DNA of 63,080 nt, filler included, from Intoshia linei (lineage: Eukaryota > Animalia > Orthonectida), in NCBI GenBank assembly GCA_001642005.1. It is 7 parts of 7 records of this genome, joined end to end, with 100 filler letters (N's around TTAATTAATTAA, not from the genome) between each part and the next. Parts side by side here need not be neighbours in the genome. Positions count along the whole stretch, not along the records: positions 25,611 to 40,362 come from LWCA01000944.1; positions 40,463 to 52,223 come from LWCA01001147.1; positions 52,324 to 57,079 come from LWCA01001867.1; 4 more parts are not named here. The stretch is one strand, 5' to 3'. The translations under genes and the position numbers were made by a program. Below are positions 39,861 through 54,263 of this stretch, piece by piece (within the stretch, counting starts at the first letter, position 1; every line of letters starts with the position of its first letter). A model generated the notes under the pieces. It worked only from the letters and a program-made list of their open reading frames with translations. It was not told the DNA's origin and ran no database searches.

Positions 39861-40462
39861 CAGTCCGACCTGCTATGGGACAAATCTCGATGTGGGCATA
39901 CTCGTGTTTTGGGGCACTTTTTCAGAATTCTGTTGATTTTATAGTATTTATATCGATGGCATAACAATATATGTGAAATTGTTGTAAATATATAAGTACA
40001 ATTCCTATAATGATAACATTAATTAAAATATTTATTTAAATATTTTACATACATTTTCATATGTACAGGTTATTCTCGATATTTTGACAAAAATAGTTGC
40101 AAAAAGTGTTCTAAATATCGTGAATAACTAACAGCAATATTTATATAGCAAAAAATACATTTAGATTTGAATTTTTTTAAATATTGATTTAAGTAACATT
40201 TTTATTTTTATAACAAGTTTTTTTACAATTCTCATGATTTATTTTTTGATTTTCATGTTAAAACGGCAAATAACTTTAAATAAGAGTGTTCGATAGCAAA
40301 CAGTTGCTGAAGCCTGATGTAAAACAAACAATTATTAACTGAAATCGAGATAAAATATTTATNNNNNNNNNNNNNNNNNNNNNNNNNNNNNNNNNNNNNN
40401 NNNNNNTTAATTAATTAANNNNNNNNNNNNNNNNNNNNNNNNNNNNNNNNNNNNNNNNNNNN

Positions 40463-40950
40463 CGTAATTTCGAATTTTATATGTATTTACATCTTTAATA
40501 AATTTTGAATCAGGTTCATCACAAATTGATCGATGGATACGTTCATTGGTTTGTAGTACCATGTAGTCAAATAATTCATTCGTAAAAATCAAATAAAAAA
40601 ATTTTTCAATAAAATCAGGAATTTCCACATTGATTTTTTTTCACCAGTAAATTTGGGATAAATTAAATTTTTTATTTCTGTTTTCCAGGTATTTTCCGTC
40701 ATAATAATTTAAGTAATAATTTAACAGTAATTTGAAGACAAAAAAGATAAAATGTTAGTTGCATAACAATAAATGTCAATTTGACAGTCAAATTCATATT
40801 TTTAGTTAAATACAAAGTACTTAAAGTTTTGTATTCAAAGTTCAACATGCTATTTTTGCGTTGTTAATATATTAGCTGATTTTTAAACATTTTTCTGCAC
40901 AGTGGTAATTTTATTAACAGTGCAAAAATAGCATGTTATGTATGTAAGGG
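40463..40950 (-). mobile_element. piggyBac element 5' end
   Basis: Terminus aaggg|TTAA (40951-40954). Transposase N-terminal remnant FFYLIFTNELFDYMVLQTN. Subterminal inverted repeat aacatgctatttttgc / gcaaaaatagcatgtt. Confidence 0.8.
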
Positions 40951-41522
40951 TTAAACATCATAATCATGATTCATGGATAAAAATTTTGATTGAAAACCAA
41001 AATAAATGAGGTAGAATTGAATTTAAATATACACAGTGAACAACCAAACAGGACGATCAACACAAGAACATTCAAAACATAACTAGGCTGACCATATTTT
41101 TGTCGTACTAAAAGTACTACTTTTTATTGCTTAGAAACAAAATATGTTTTTGATTAATTTTTCATTAGAAAAATGAACATTTAAATTAAATTTCAATTGA
41201 TAAGTTTATTTAGTTTTGAAAAGTACGTCGAAATTATTGTTCCAAAGTCGTACTTTATCTAAAAAGTTGTACTTCTGGTCGCACTAACATAACATTATAT
41301 CTCTATACTACAATATCTCATCATAATATTCCAATAAATAAAGTTATTTTTTAGTTTTTATAGAACATTTTGGTATGAAATTTTTAAAATGGCAAGCGTC
41401 TCGGCAAAAAATTGACCAAAATCATTATTTTTTAGTGGAGCCATAAAACTGTCATACGCGCCTTTATACATTCCTGCCCCATAAAATTTCCAACAAAACT
41501 ACTAAAATGCACACCTAATATG

Positions 41523-42236
41523 CAGTGGCGTAGCGTGACTTTTTTCACAAGGTGTTCGGGAATGGTTTTTTGGTAACATAACATTTTTAAATAAAATTAA
41601 AATAAATACCGAAATATAAAGAAATGTTCATAAGGGGTCGCGAATACAGAAAATTTGAAAACCACTTCTATAAAGTATGCTTGAAAGATAACTTGTATTT
41701 GATATGAATTTAATTTGTTTCATTCTTGTAAATAAAATTTTTGACGAATTAGAAATAGAATACTGTATTTAAATTAAAGCCTAAATTTATATCTAAGTGC
41801 AAGGTGTTCATTTTATTTTCAACTCACTTTGAGTAAAATTTGACAATTTAAATCTATAGAAAATATTTTTATATTATAAATGTGAGCATAAATTCATCAT
41901 TAAGATACTATGAAATTGTGTTCGCTAAATTTTCAAGACACCTTAAATTAGGTATAATTTTAGAATTTAAATCTCTATAAAAAATATTTATCCAATTTTT
42001 AACGATGTACAAATTTATTCTAATTGAAATTTATTTTGAAGTCTAATTTTTTTTAAAGATAGATTTTAACAGATAATTTATTATTGAAATTTTATATGAA
42101 TATCGAATATGAACTATGATGTGATATCGTACTTAAATTATAAAAATTATGTTATTTATTAAATATAATTTTTTTAAATTTTAAATTGTTTAGGGTGTTC
42201 GGCGAACACCTTGCACACTATGACGCTACGCCACTG
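41523..42236. mobile_element. hAT (Tip100-like) MITE
   Basis: TIR cagtggcgtagcgt / acgctacgccactg and perfect 8-bp TSD ctaatatg. Confidence 0.9.
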
Positions 42237-42444
42237 CTAATATGTTGAAGTTACTTCTAGTACTTAATATCATTATCTGGTTGGCGAATGTATTTATAAC
42301 TTCATTTTTATGAGTTATACCCACGATTATTATTATTAAATTTGACTTACACCCTAATGTCCATATATCCGGTACCATAGCACACGGGCTCTATTGTACA
42401 ACGTGATGTGACTATATTTATTATAATTGATTAATTATTTTTAG

Positions 42445-45400
42445 GTTTACAAATCATTGATATAATTTTTATGGTTATTGATATCACGGAGGGACTTCAA
42501 ACACAGACACAAGAATGTCTTGTATTGGCAAATATTAGTAAAAAAAGCGTTGTTATTATATTAAACAAAATTGATTTAATTGATGAATCAGAACGAACTC
42601 AAAAAGTTGATAAAGTAATTTTTTTGACATAACTTGAAAGGAGAGTTAGGATTTTTTATTAAGTCTAAAAAGAGTATCGTTTTTCAACATTTATATTAAA
42701 TTTTATGACCCTCCCAATAAATTTAGAAAAAATGTTATCAAATTGAGCCGGAGTTTTAGGGTAATTGTGTAAAGGGATTAAATCTTTTTTTAACAAATAT
42801 TTAAATGGTTATAGGGTTTTCATTTAAATATCATATTTTGTATTATCATATTATAAATCATTATATATTAAAAGACAAAAAGTTATCAAAGGTTAAATTA
42901 TTTTTTGAATATTTGAATTTAGATGATAGCAAAACTTTCTAAAAACGTATTTAGTAAAACAAACTTAAAAATAATAGGCTATATTGCAATTTCAACTAGA
43001 GATGATTGTATATATTTTGATTTAATTCCTTAATTAAATTTTTCATTTAAATTTAGATTTTTCTACAATATATTTACCTAAAATAAAACAAATTATAATA
43101 AACTACATTATTAAAATATCTAACCAAGAGAAAAATGATGTAGATGTTGAAAATATTGAAGGACATAGTGTACCCTTTTGTATGCAAGTTGATCATTCTT
43201 TCCATGTAAAAGGTAAAGGAAATGTGTTTACTGGAACCGTTTTATCTGGAAAAGTTTCTGTTAATGAGGTTCTATTTATTTCTTCTTTTAATTGTTTAGT
43301 CTATTGAAATTCCAAAATTGTGTATTACTAAGCCCATTAAATCAATTCAAATTTTCCATAAAAACCAAAAGAGCATTCAAAAGGTTTATTTTATTACTAG
43401 CTTGTCTTTTATATACATACTAGCTAGTTCTTCCAAGGGTAAAAGTTTAAAATATACTTTATTTTTAGTTTAACCATAAAACTTTTATACGCTTCCTGGA
43501 CCATCAAATTTCTTTTAATAAAATGAAAAAATACTCCCTTAATAGACACATTTTTAATAAAAATTAATTTATTAAATATATTAAGTAAGTAGGTTTTACT
43601 TAGTACCATAATTTTTTAAATTGAATTTGTTAGTTTTAAAATTATCTAGTCACAGTCTTGTCAAATAAAAACAGAATAATGAATTTGCATGTATATTAAT
43701 TATGTTATTAAAAAAAGAAAATTAAAAATAAATGCGTTTTAACTTAATGTGTAGGAAAAAACTGATTTTCCATAAATATGAATTTAATTGACATTTAGTA
43801 TGACAGAGCTGCAATATGTATAAAAGGTTTAAAAATAAATTTTGAAAGAGGTCTAATTGTTACTCCAAAATCTTTCCATTCAACCAAAATGATTATTCTT
43901 AGCGTTGAGCCCATTAAGTATTTCAACAAAGACATTAAATCTGATGAAAAATACCATTTTTCGATTGGAAATTCTACTTGTATGGCTACGTGTACTTTTT
44001 TCTGTAGCAGGTTGGCAATTTATACATTTATAAAATTTAATTTATACTGAGGTTTTCAATAGACACCGGGTAGTGGATAACGGCTGGGGTCATATTACAG
44101 GCCTTTTATTCGAAATTAAGTGATTCTACAAAAAGTTTGTAAATTAAAAATATATGTATTAATATATTATGAGAATATTAATTGCCGTACCACTTCAAAA
44201 CTAAATTTTAATGAAAATGTTTTTACTATTAAATTTCTTATATCAACTTAGATTGTTTCTACACTAATATCGGGATTATTTCATGCCGTGACACACCCTA
44301 ATTACTACAGCCCATTGTTGGCTTTCCACGATGCTAGATAGAATTTCGTTACCTTTTTAAGAATTTATTAAGGCTCATGTCAGTTTTTTGGCAAGATGTA
44401 CCTTTTACATTATTGCATGATTCAATCGTAAATAACAGTTTTGAACAGTTTTTTTAAGAAATACTTATGTAATTTAGCCCATAATGAATTGGCATTTTAT
44501 TGTCTATTGAAAATCTCTACTCATATAATTAATTAATTTATGTGTTGTTAATAATAATTTAAATAAGTCATTAATGTAATTAAATTCAACATTTTGACGT
44601 AGATCTGATCGTACCTGCAATTATTTCAACGTGGAAGATAAGTACGATTATGTTGATATTTTGCCAAAATATATAGTTGATGATCGAAGATTTTTTTGTT
44701 TGGCTAGTTTATCTGAAGAAATTACAATTTGTAAAGATATTGGAATGCGTTGGATATATGTGGCTAGTAAACTCGATAATACAAATAATAAATCTTGTCG
44801 GATTGCATTTCATGGCATATACATTGACTCTTTACTTAAATTTAAATTTCCAAATATTAAAATTATGAAATCGAAGAAAAAGTACGGTATAATGGATCGA
44901 GTAGCAGATAAAAATAATTGTGTTTTGAAAAACATGTTTAAGCCGTTTTCTAATGTGACAGATTTTGGAAATAATTCTATTGCTATATATCAGTTGGATA
45001 CTAATATTAACAAACAAATTACTGATACACGTGTTGCTGTCGAAATTTTGACTAAGTATGAAAATGAGGCTCGATACATTTGCACGTGCCATCTTGTGTC
45101 TTCTTTTGGCACCACTGGAAAAATCAAAGTTAACTCTGATGGTAATATTTATTTTTCTATTATATATTTATGTAATAGGTACATTATAATGCCCACTTTG
45201 CACGTTTAATCTGATTTTAAGCATTTATACTAAAAAAATAAAATCAGTTAATTTTTATATTAATAAATAACCTATATTGAAAAACTAGCGTCAACTAAAA
45301 TTGTCGATCCGAAACACTATCCGAACACGAAATTCGGATCGTGTTGGAGAATTATATTTCGTGGTACAGCCTCTATTCTTTCTTCAATATTTCTTTCTTT

Positions 45401-45593
45401 TTATATACTTTTTCTACAACGCACTTTGAGAAAATTATTATTTCCTCACAGCATGATTTGGGAGTAGATTAATGAAATTTAATTCATTTTTTTAGATTTT
45501 GTAGATAGCGATACCGATTTTACCTCATTAAATTTAAAGAAATTTACGTATATGGCTGTTATGAAGTATGAAAAATGTTTCATTAAATCTTAA
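42445..45593 (+). CDS. EEFSEC: Selenocysteine-specific elongation factor eEFSec (N-terminal exons not found)
   Basis: Spliced peptides GLQIIDIIFMVIDITEGLQTQTQECLVL..LNKIDL, PFCMQVDHSFHVKGKGNVFTGTVLSG, IKSIQIFH, DRAAIC..ERGL, YHFSIGN and ASKLD..CRIAFHG match the eEFSec family. Confidence 0.9.
44049..44517. mobile_element. Sola2-like non-autonomous element in an eEFSec intron
   Basis: TIR gaggttttcaatagaca / tgtctattgaaaatctc. 4-bp TSD tact and GAG termini. Confidence 0.7.
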
Positions 45594-45745
45594 ATTTTGT
45601 ACCTAAATGTCATTTATTTGTATGAAATTCCATATTTGTATTAACCATAAACTGGGATGGAAAATAACTGCTATTTTTTGTACAGCTAAAAAACATCCTT
45701 AATTTTTATGCGATTTAAATGTATATTTATTTATTTATAAAGTCA

Positions 45746-46950
45746 CTAGGTTGACTGTTACGTACTAGGCACAAACAGCACCTAGCTCTGCCGAGGGCAC
45801 ATTTTGATTCTACTAAAAAAATAAATTCACATTGAAAATCTAACTTAAAAGTTTTACTATTTACTATTATCAATTCTTTAAAGTGGTTCCCAAACTTGTT
45901 TCAGGTGGAACCGTCATATCACATTACTTTTTACATTAAACTTTGAATTAAAGTTTAAAGTGAATTATTCCATCTTACTTTTTTTTGTTAAGATTTGCGT
46001 AAAGAATTTTAAAAATAATTGTTATCCCATTTTTTTATTTATTAGACAGAATATGTGTATAATATTAAAAATTAAATAAAAACATTCCAATCCTAAAAAT
46101 TGTCATAAATAGCATAAATTCCAGAAAAAATAAAATTATAAATCCTAAAAATTGTCATAAATAGCATAAATTCCAGAAAAAATAAAATTATAAACTATTT
46201 TGTAATTTCAATGTGATCATTAGGGCAACAATTGTCAAAAAGTCAAAAATTTCCTAAATAATATTACAGAAGATAATCATATAAACTACATATGTATATT
46301 AAATTTAAAATTTTAATTTTTTACATGAAATTTAGAGTAAATTCATGTTTTCAATATACATGTACTTTTATCATTTTTTTACATTTTGTTAATATCAACT
46401 AATTATCATATTAAATTCATCATTTTTAAAATAACGCAACAGAAAAAAAAGGATGAAACTAGCATCTGAATGCCACGATTGTCTAACAATGTTACCAATA
46501 GATGAATTATTCTGCACTAATTGTCAGAAAACAATATGTACTAAAAAATCATATTTTATTGATGCTCATCTCAAATCCAAAACACATTTTAGTGACATCT
46601 GTTAAAAATAATGAATTAACTCTAAATATTTCAGTGATCATATATATTAAGTACCAATTTAATAAATACTTAAAATTACCAATTATGTATCAATAATTAA
46701 CGTAATCAGCACTTTATAAACATATTTCAGGTGAATTTTACTAATATTGCAAAAAATTGTAATAAATATAAAAATGATAATAACAAAGTTGCATTAATTT
46801 GGTAATTCGTTGTTGTAGTTTTAATTTAAATTTTAAACACAATTATTTTGATAATGAAAATTTGAGATGAAAAATTGCGAAGGAGTGAATTATATAGATT
46901 GTCACCCATATTTCTTTATTGAAAATGTGTAGACGTTCAATGCACATTTT
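45746..46950 (-). mobile_element. Helitron-like family copy (long)
   Basis: a|ctaggttgactgttacgtac terminus. The body is the reverse complement of 16700-17600, with an internal tandem duplication at about 46088-46195 and an insertion at about 46220-46630. Confidence 0.72.
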
Positions 46951-47471
46951 TTTTGAAATTAGCCATTTTGATATATTTCATTGTTGACATCATCATTGGG
47001 CTGATGTTCACTAAACGGGGTTTTCACTAATTCCAGATTTTTATGTAAGTAAGAATTTACCAACATTTATGATTTAAATTCAGGCCCATGAACAAATGAC
47101 TATGGCTAAGTTAAAGTGGCCAAAAAAAATACGTACTATCAATTTTAATTTATTTGGTATTAAATATAAAGCTAAAACTACTTATCTATGATGATGAACA
47201 AAAATTTTCGGCTTAAAATTTATTCCAAATAAACTAAAAGTGATAGTACATAGTTTTCTGGCAACTTCAGCTAATTATCACTTTTTTAATTATGTACGAT
47301 ATTTTTAATGACCTCGAGCATGGTAGATTCGATTGTCATCTTAAAGCTGCGCGAACAGTGTTTCAAAATCTAGTCTACATTTCAAAAAAATGTAAAATTT
47401 AATTTAATTTCTGTTGTTACCAAGAAATTAAAATCAATAAAAATTCACTTTTTGTGATTATTGTTTATTCA

Positions 47472-50400
47472 ATGGACTTGATCGATGAAAATATCAAGGT
47501 AAATCAAATTGGTTATATTACTGTCAACTGTTTCCCATTTTGTTTTATGAGGAGTAAAATCGATTTCCTTTGAGTATTTAAAAATTACTATCAAAAATAA
47601 AATAGAGGGGTTTTTTTATAATTCTGTACGATTCCACATTTTTCGGGTTGAATTTCACCGTGGTATCCGACAATTTACTTTAAAATTTTCAAAACCACAT
47701 TCATAATTTTTAATTTACAATCCATATTTTTCACTATGAATATTCCTTTTATTTGTTACGGGCAGACTTTTTGTCAACAGCCCTACAATTTTTGACCTTA
47801 AATGCAAAAAATTATTTTTTCACCCTATTTTTCAACTATTACTATCTTGAAATTTAAACAATAGATTTCTAGGTCTAATATGTGTAATATTAATAATAAT
47901 ATTAATTCCAATACTTGGTTATTTAATTAATTTAATTGAAATTTTTATAGATAAACCTTTTCAAGGAAGATGTATTGATATTAATTGAACAATATTTGGA
48001 TAAACAAGGAAATATTGGACTAGTGGAAGATATGTTTAATGAAACAAACGTACTGTACAAAAATCGATGTGATAACGCCATATTTCTATATAAATTATTA
48101 ATCGAAGGACAATATCATGATTTCTGGTCATTTTGTGATATTCTAACAAATAAATGCAGTATATCTTCCAAAGAATTATACTGGCTTTTATGTCAGCACA
48201 AATATGCTGAAGATGTTTCATTTAAATATAATAAAAAATTAAAAGATGCTTATTTAAACCTAAATGTACAAATGGATTACGAAAAATGCCAAGAAATTGA
48301 TTCAAATTCTTCAAAATATTTGTACATAAATTCCATCATTTCCAGTCTTAAATCATATACTAATGAAGAACTCGTTTCTTGGGCTCAAGATTTCAATGTT
48401 TGTTTTTACTTTCTAATAATGAATAATTATAAATTAATTTTGTTAATAAAATTAGTTAAATTTAGTTTTTTTAGATTGTTAATCATCGGAAAAAATGCTT
48501 TACTAGCATCTACGATATAATTAGTCCATTTTTGTTGAGAACCGATAAAACGCCAGTGAAACAAACCAGTCGACTTGAAATGTCCATTTTTATTTTGTGT
48601 ATTTTTTTATTTTTTTTAGATTGATTTTAAGAGGACTAATATTTGAATATTGTGTTGCTCTTATATGTAACAAAAAATTGGAAATGAACGAAAATCGTAA
48701 TTTTTTATTGTTTTGAATTACATTTGTGTTTAGAGAATAATCGTGCTAGTAGTTATGGCGAAGATTCAATATCATATGATTCTCCGAGGAAGACTAATAA
48801 TCATTATTCTATTGATAATATTTCTCTTTTAAAGAATTCTAGTGGTTCTTATGACATTGAAACTCAATTTAGTAATTTTATTTTTAACCTTTTGTGTTGC
48901 TAAACTGTGACTGCTTCTGTGTAACAAAAAATATTGTAAATAATTATATAAGTAAGGATGTTGTCATAAAATATTTTTTGGAGAACATTCCAGCAAAAAC
49001 CAGTCAAATTTTTCAAATTTAATTGATAATATAATATATTTTCGGTAGTCGGAATGTTTTTTATATTTCAAGGCGGTGTTGCAAACATAGAAATTGTAAA
49101 AATCGCTTTGAAAATGTAGATTCTACATTAATAAAGGACCATATAATTTTAATGTGTTGTATTTCCCGCGAATATCTTGAAAATTAAAAATCTAAAAATG
49201 ATTTTATAAAAATAGGTTGACTTTTATATACTACGTACAAACAGCACCTATCTGATATTAACAAAGTTGTATTCATTTAGTAATTCGTTTTTGCAGTTTT
49301 AATTTAAATTTTAAACAAAATCTTTTGAAAATGAGAATGAAAAATTGCGTAGCAATGAAAAAATTTCCGAAGGAATCAATTATATAATCAAAAATGACGT
49401 CATCAGTAAAAAAATTAAACTGACAGTAATAATATTAAATTGTCAGTAAAAAAAATACTGACTTAAAAAAACCTAAAATACTGACGCTATAAATACAATC
49501 CTATAAGTAGGGTTGCCAACTGCGTTATTTTCCCCCTGAGACTTCGGGTTTTCAAATTCAACTTAGGGCTCAGGTTAAAGTGATATTTCTGTGTATATGT
49601 GATATACAATGTGTATTATACATGTATAGTGATTAAACACGCTTCGCTGCGCTTCAGCCAAATTTTTAGCTTCACTTAAAAATTCAGGTTGAGGATAACT
49701 TAATGTTGGTAAGCCTACCTATAAGTAAGGATCATTTTTGTGGGATGAATGTTATTTTAGTTTCATGGATTATTTCGATGGATGTTTCACAATTTTCAAA
49801 ACCTTTTATAAAACAAAAAATAGATATAATTACTGATTCACAAAATACCACAGAACAGCAAATGATTAAGTCAAAAAAAAATGATTTAAAAAGCTATATC
49901 ATCCCAGAATTTAAAAAAATTGATAATACAAATGAAATTGTGAATAAAAAACTTGCAAATGAAAATAAAACAATCAATAAAAAAATGGTTTTGAAAAAAC
50001 CACTTAGACAACAAATTATGGATGATGCCGCAAATATTAATTTGAGATATGACCAAAAAACTCAGATTCCAGGTATAATTGATAGTGATATTGAAAATTT
50101 AGTAAAATTTAGAATCAATTAAATATGATAATTCAAATATGGAAATATCCATAATTAAAGAATCCACAGTATATTAATTTTCATTTATGGTTGGGTTAAC
50201 ACGCCTAATAAATGTTATGTATTTAATATTTTAATGAAATTTTAGTCTTCTCCTTTTGAAATTATCGGAGAAGTTACTGTGGATCATGTGATTCGATGCG
50301 CAGAATTTAACCCGGCTTTCGATTTATTTGCAGTTGGAACCAATAGTTCAAAAATATTTTTGTGTGAAATGTATTTGTTTTTTTATAATTTTAAATTTTT

Positions 50401-51620
50401 GTATTTAGTGATAGTGAAAGTATCGTAGCTAAGCAGTTGGATGTGTTGGAAAATGTACATAACGGTTCAGTGTATTGTTTGTCTTGGAATCGACACGGCA
50501 ATTTGATTGCTACTGGGTCTAATGATAAAATTATTAATCTTATTCCTTTTCATACTGATTTAAAAAAATATAATGGTTAGTACTGATTCAATAAATATAA
50601 TAATTTGCATTGTTTTTAATTTAAATTTAGACAATTTTTCTTTTATAAACTGTCATACGGGCATTGTACGTGATTTATTTTTTTTGAATGACAATCTAAA
50701 CTCAGAAGGAATTTTGGTTAGTGCTGGTTCAGGAGATAATAAAATTCATGTGACCGATTGTTCATGTTGTAAATCTTTAATCTCTTTTAAAGGGCATACA
50801 GGTATGTCATTACGTTGTCATGTGTCTAAATGTTTTTATTTAGATACCATTTTTTCTATCGAATCAAATAAATCTTGCACTATTGTTTCGGCGTCACAAG
50901 ATAAAACTATCAAATTTTGGGATATACGTAGTTGTAATTGCTTTAATGCCATTTCTTCCAATTTAACTGGTTTTTATTTTTAAATTTATCATTTTATTCG
51001 TGCGATAAACTATGTATAATTAAATTGTATTGTTAGGTGGTCCTGTCATATCTGTTTCCATGGACAACCAAGATAGGGTATATTTTTAATTAGAATGAAA
51101 CTCCAATTTTCTGCTTTTAACTTAAAAATCAAATTGAAGGTTCATTTTTAACGCGCAAGCACGCGTTTTATTATTACTGGTAAATATATGATGGGATATT
51201 GGCAGATTATTAGATTTTGAATAAAAATGGTGACATTGAAGATAATTTGCTGTTTTAGTTTTGTGTGAGCGGATATTCTAATGGAACAATACTCATTTGG
51301 GATTTAAGAATGAATAAGGAAATGTACAAAATAAAATTACATCAAGATTCGATACGATCCATTAAATACGCTTACCATGATGATTATATTCTTACTGCGT
51401 CATATGATGGAACAGCTACTGCTTTGGATATGAAAGGTTTTTATTAATTTTTTTTAAAATTAATTAACTAGATGTGACCTCTGAATCACCACCACTTGAT
51501 CTTGTTGTAGCGAAATTGAATTCAAAAATGATTTCTTCTAGATGGAACCCTAGAAATGATAATCAATTTCTGACTACTACAACTTCTGCCACATGCTCTG
51601 TATGGGAATTGGGAGAATAA
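47472..51620 (+). CDS. WDR47: WD repeat-containing protein 47 (nemitin; LisH-CTLH plus WD40)
   Basis: N-terminus FLYKLLIEGQY and LILRGLIFEYCV. WD40 blades IRCAEFNP..FAVGTNS, HNGSVYCLSW..IATGSNDK, HTGIVRDL..SAGSGD, SASQDKTIKFWDIR and LTASYD. Many short GT-AG introns. Confidence 0.88.
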
Positions 51621-52599
51621 ATATTAACTATTTTGATTATAACATTGTATTTTATGTATATTGGAATATCTTTAAACGTTTTTATCTATTTGATAAAATG
51701 TATTATGCTAATTGAAATGTATAAAATGTTATTTACATTATTTATTGTGTTAATTCAAGTATCAAAATCATTACATTGAAAAATATATAACCTATTTTAA
51801 AAGTCTTAAAATTTTTTAAATTAAGTCCAAGCTCGGAAAAAGATTTATATTAATCTATCTATAAGAAAGTTATAATATCAATTTCAAAATAAGTTTATTC
51901 TGAAAATAAATAGCCCACAATGGGCGATATGGCCCCGTTGAGAATCCCTGATCTAAATCATTACACGCGACTTTATCCGTTCTTAGAACAAAAAAAATAC
52001 TAAAATTAACACCTTTAATGCATTTACGCATGATTATTTTATATATGCATGATATTTGATTATAAATAGGGCGATTTTTTTTTAACCTATAAAAACAAAA
52101 AAAAATGACTTACAAATCAAATTTATTTAACTTTATTAACTTGTGGAATAAAAAAATCACGTAGTGCTGTTTTTTCGTTAAATTTTTTTCTAAACAGTGA
52201 TGAAATCTCTTATTCGTCATAATNNNNNNNNNNNNNNNNNNNNNNNNNNNNNNNNNNNNNNNNNNNNTTAATTAATTAANNNNNNNNNNNNNNNNNNNNN
52301 NNNNNNNNNNNNNNNNNNNNNNNCATTCTCTATGGGTGGCTGATGATATGTCGACTACTGCCAAACCATCGTACATTCCGTCATAATTGGGAATGTCTTT
52401 AGTTGGTAATTGTACGTTATCCTCAATTAACGAATCTTGAACATTGAATTAATCAGATTGTAGTGGAGAATTGTCTTTAGTTGGCAATAATTATCCTCAA
52501 TTAATGAATTATCAGAATTCGATCATTATCACAAAAAATCGAGAATGAAAGGTAGGTTGTTTTGGTACATGTTTATCAAAATTTCTTTTAACTCTACTT

Positions 52600-54263
52600 T
52601 CTATTTAATTGAAATGGACGAAAGTATTTTTCCAAAGAATCAATTTTAACTAGCACATTGCATACACCACTTGTATTTAATTTAGAACCAGTAACAGAGG
52701 TATATTGAAATTTAATTTTTGTAATGAGGTTTAAATGAATTTGGATGAAACGAAGCGATTGAACCTGTATCAATTAAACATGAGTACACTTTATTACTGA
52801 TTTTAGCATCAACATGAAATGAAGAATAATTATTAAATTTTAATTTCGTACCACATTTATAACATACCGTATCATTGTTTTCAGATCATATTACAATTAA
52901 CATACTCTTTCAGAGCATCAAACTTATTCACATTATTTAACTTGCGATCATGGTTATTTTTATTTCCTAATTGTTTATTTGCTTTATTAAATCTCATTTC
53001 AAACCTTTTATTGACATTATCCAGATGTTTATCATTGTAATTCCAAGGTCGTTCCAAAGATGAATTTAATTCTATCAATTGAATAAATTCGTCGACATTG
53101 GTTGATAGATGCAGTATACTCGTATAAATATTCAAATTTACTTTTTTGACCGCGTCTAAGGCAAACTTTAATGTCAATCGTGATATGTTTATTTTCTTTT
53201 CGAAAGCAATTTTCGTCAAAGATTTAACCTTCGAGATAAATAGTCGAAGAGGAGAAAAGTATTTGAGACGACAGAGTTTGTTACAAGCTTCTACTGCTGA
53301 TAAATTTTTAATACCAAAAGATTGTGTGATAATGGCTAGCAAATCATTGAATGTTTTCGGTGTCTTCATCTAAAATTATTTTCCGTAGTTCTGTTTTTAA
53401 TGAAAATATTATTAATATCACCTTTTCGGGTTCAGAGCTGGTTGTACAATTAGACCATAGTTTAATGCTTTTACACCACGTCTTAATATCTGAATCATCA
53501 CAGATTGGAATTTGTAATTTCAAATCGTTTGGGATCTCCGGTTTTAATTCTGTCTGTTCCATGTAACTACTAGGACTTCAAAATAGAAATATTTGTAAAG
53601 TCTTAAAGAATATTATAAATCTTTAATTAACAATTAAATATTTCTAAGTCTTTGTAATCTTTCAAGGACGTTTAGAACAGGGGTTCTCAACGTGGGCCAC
53701 AAAAAATTTTTAACATTAAAAAAAATTTGGTGTATTAAATTGCTAACCAAAACAAAATCTATAAATGCATAATGAATTTAAATATAAATTTAAAATTTTG
53801 GTTTACAGATTTTTAAAACTTTGAACCAGATGATGAAACCAGTCCTGAACTAACTGAAAAACTTTTGGACTTAATTTAATTATTTTAAGCCTTAAAAGAA
53901 GATTTGAAATTGGTAAGACGAATAGAAAAGGAAGGTGTATTTGGATTTATGCGAATTCAAGAATCAAATCTAATTATGTTTGATAATGTTCAACCAAGCA
54001 TTATTGCTTTTCCTACAACATGGCTGGATTTTCAGCAGTGATCGATATTTTTAGTAAGATGTTAAAATTGGATGTGAACAACCGAGGAATAATGCGATTA
54101 AGATTCAATAAAATAATAGAAATATTTTAAGGTTTTTCAAAGTGGGTCATGGAATTTTAGGGCCATGGCCTGAAAAAGGGTGAGAACCGCTGGTCTAGAA
54201 TATTAAATAAAGAATAATGTTAAACATAACTTTGTTATACAGATGTTAGTATACAACGTTACA
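52600..54263 (-). mobile_element. Ty3/Gypsy retrotransposon 5' part: LTR, frameshifted gag, aspartic protease remnant
   Basis: Putative LTR TGTAAC...GTTACA (54263-53562) followed directly by TGG. gag-like ORFs 53344-53562 and 52881-53369. CLIDTGS protease motif near 52760-52785. Confidence 0.78.
53678..54192 (+). mobile_element. hAT Buster-type deletion derivative inserted in the LTR
   Basis: TIR caggggttctcaac / gtgagaaccgctg and TSD gtttagaa/gtctagaa. C-terminal transposase remnant IIAFPTTWL. Confidence 0.82.
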
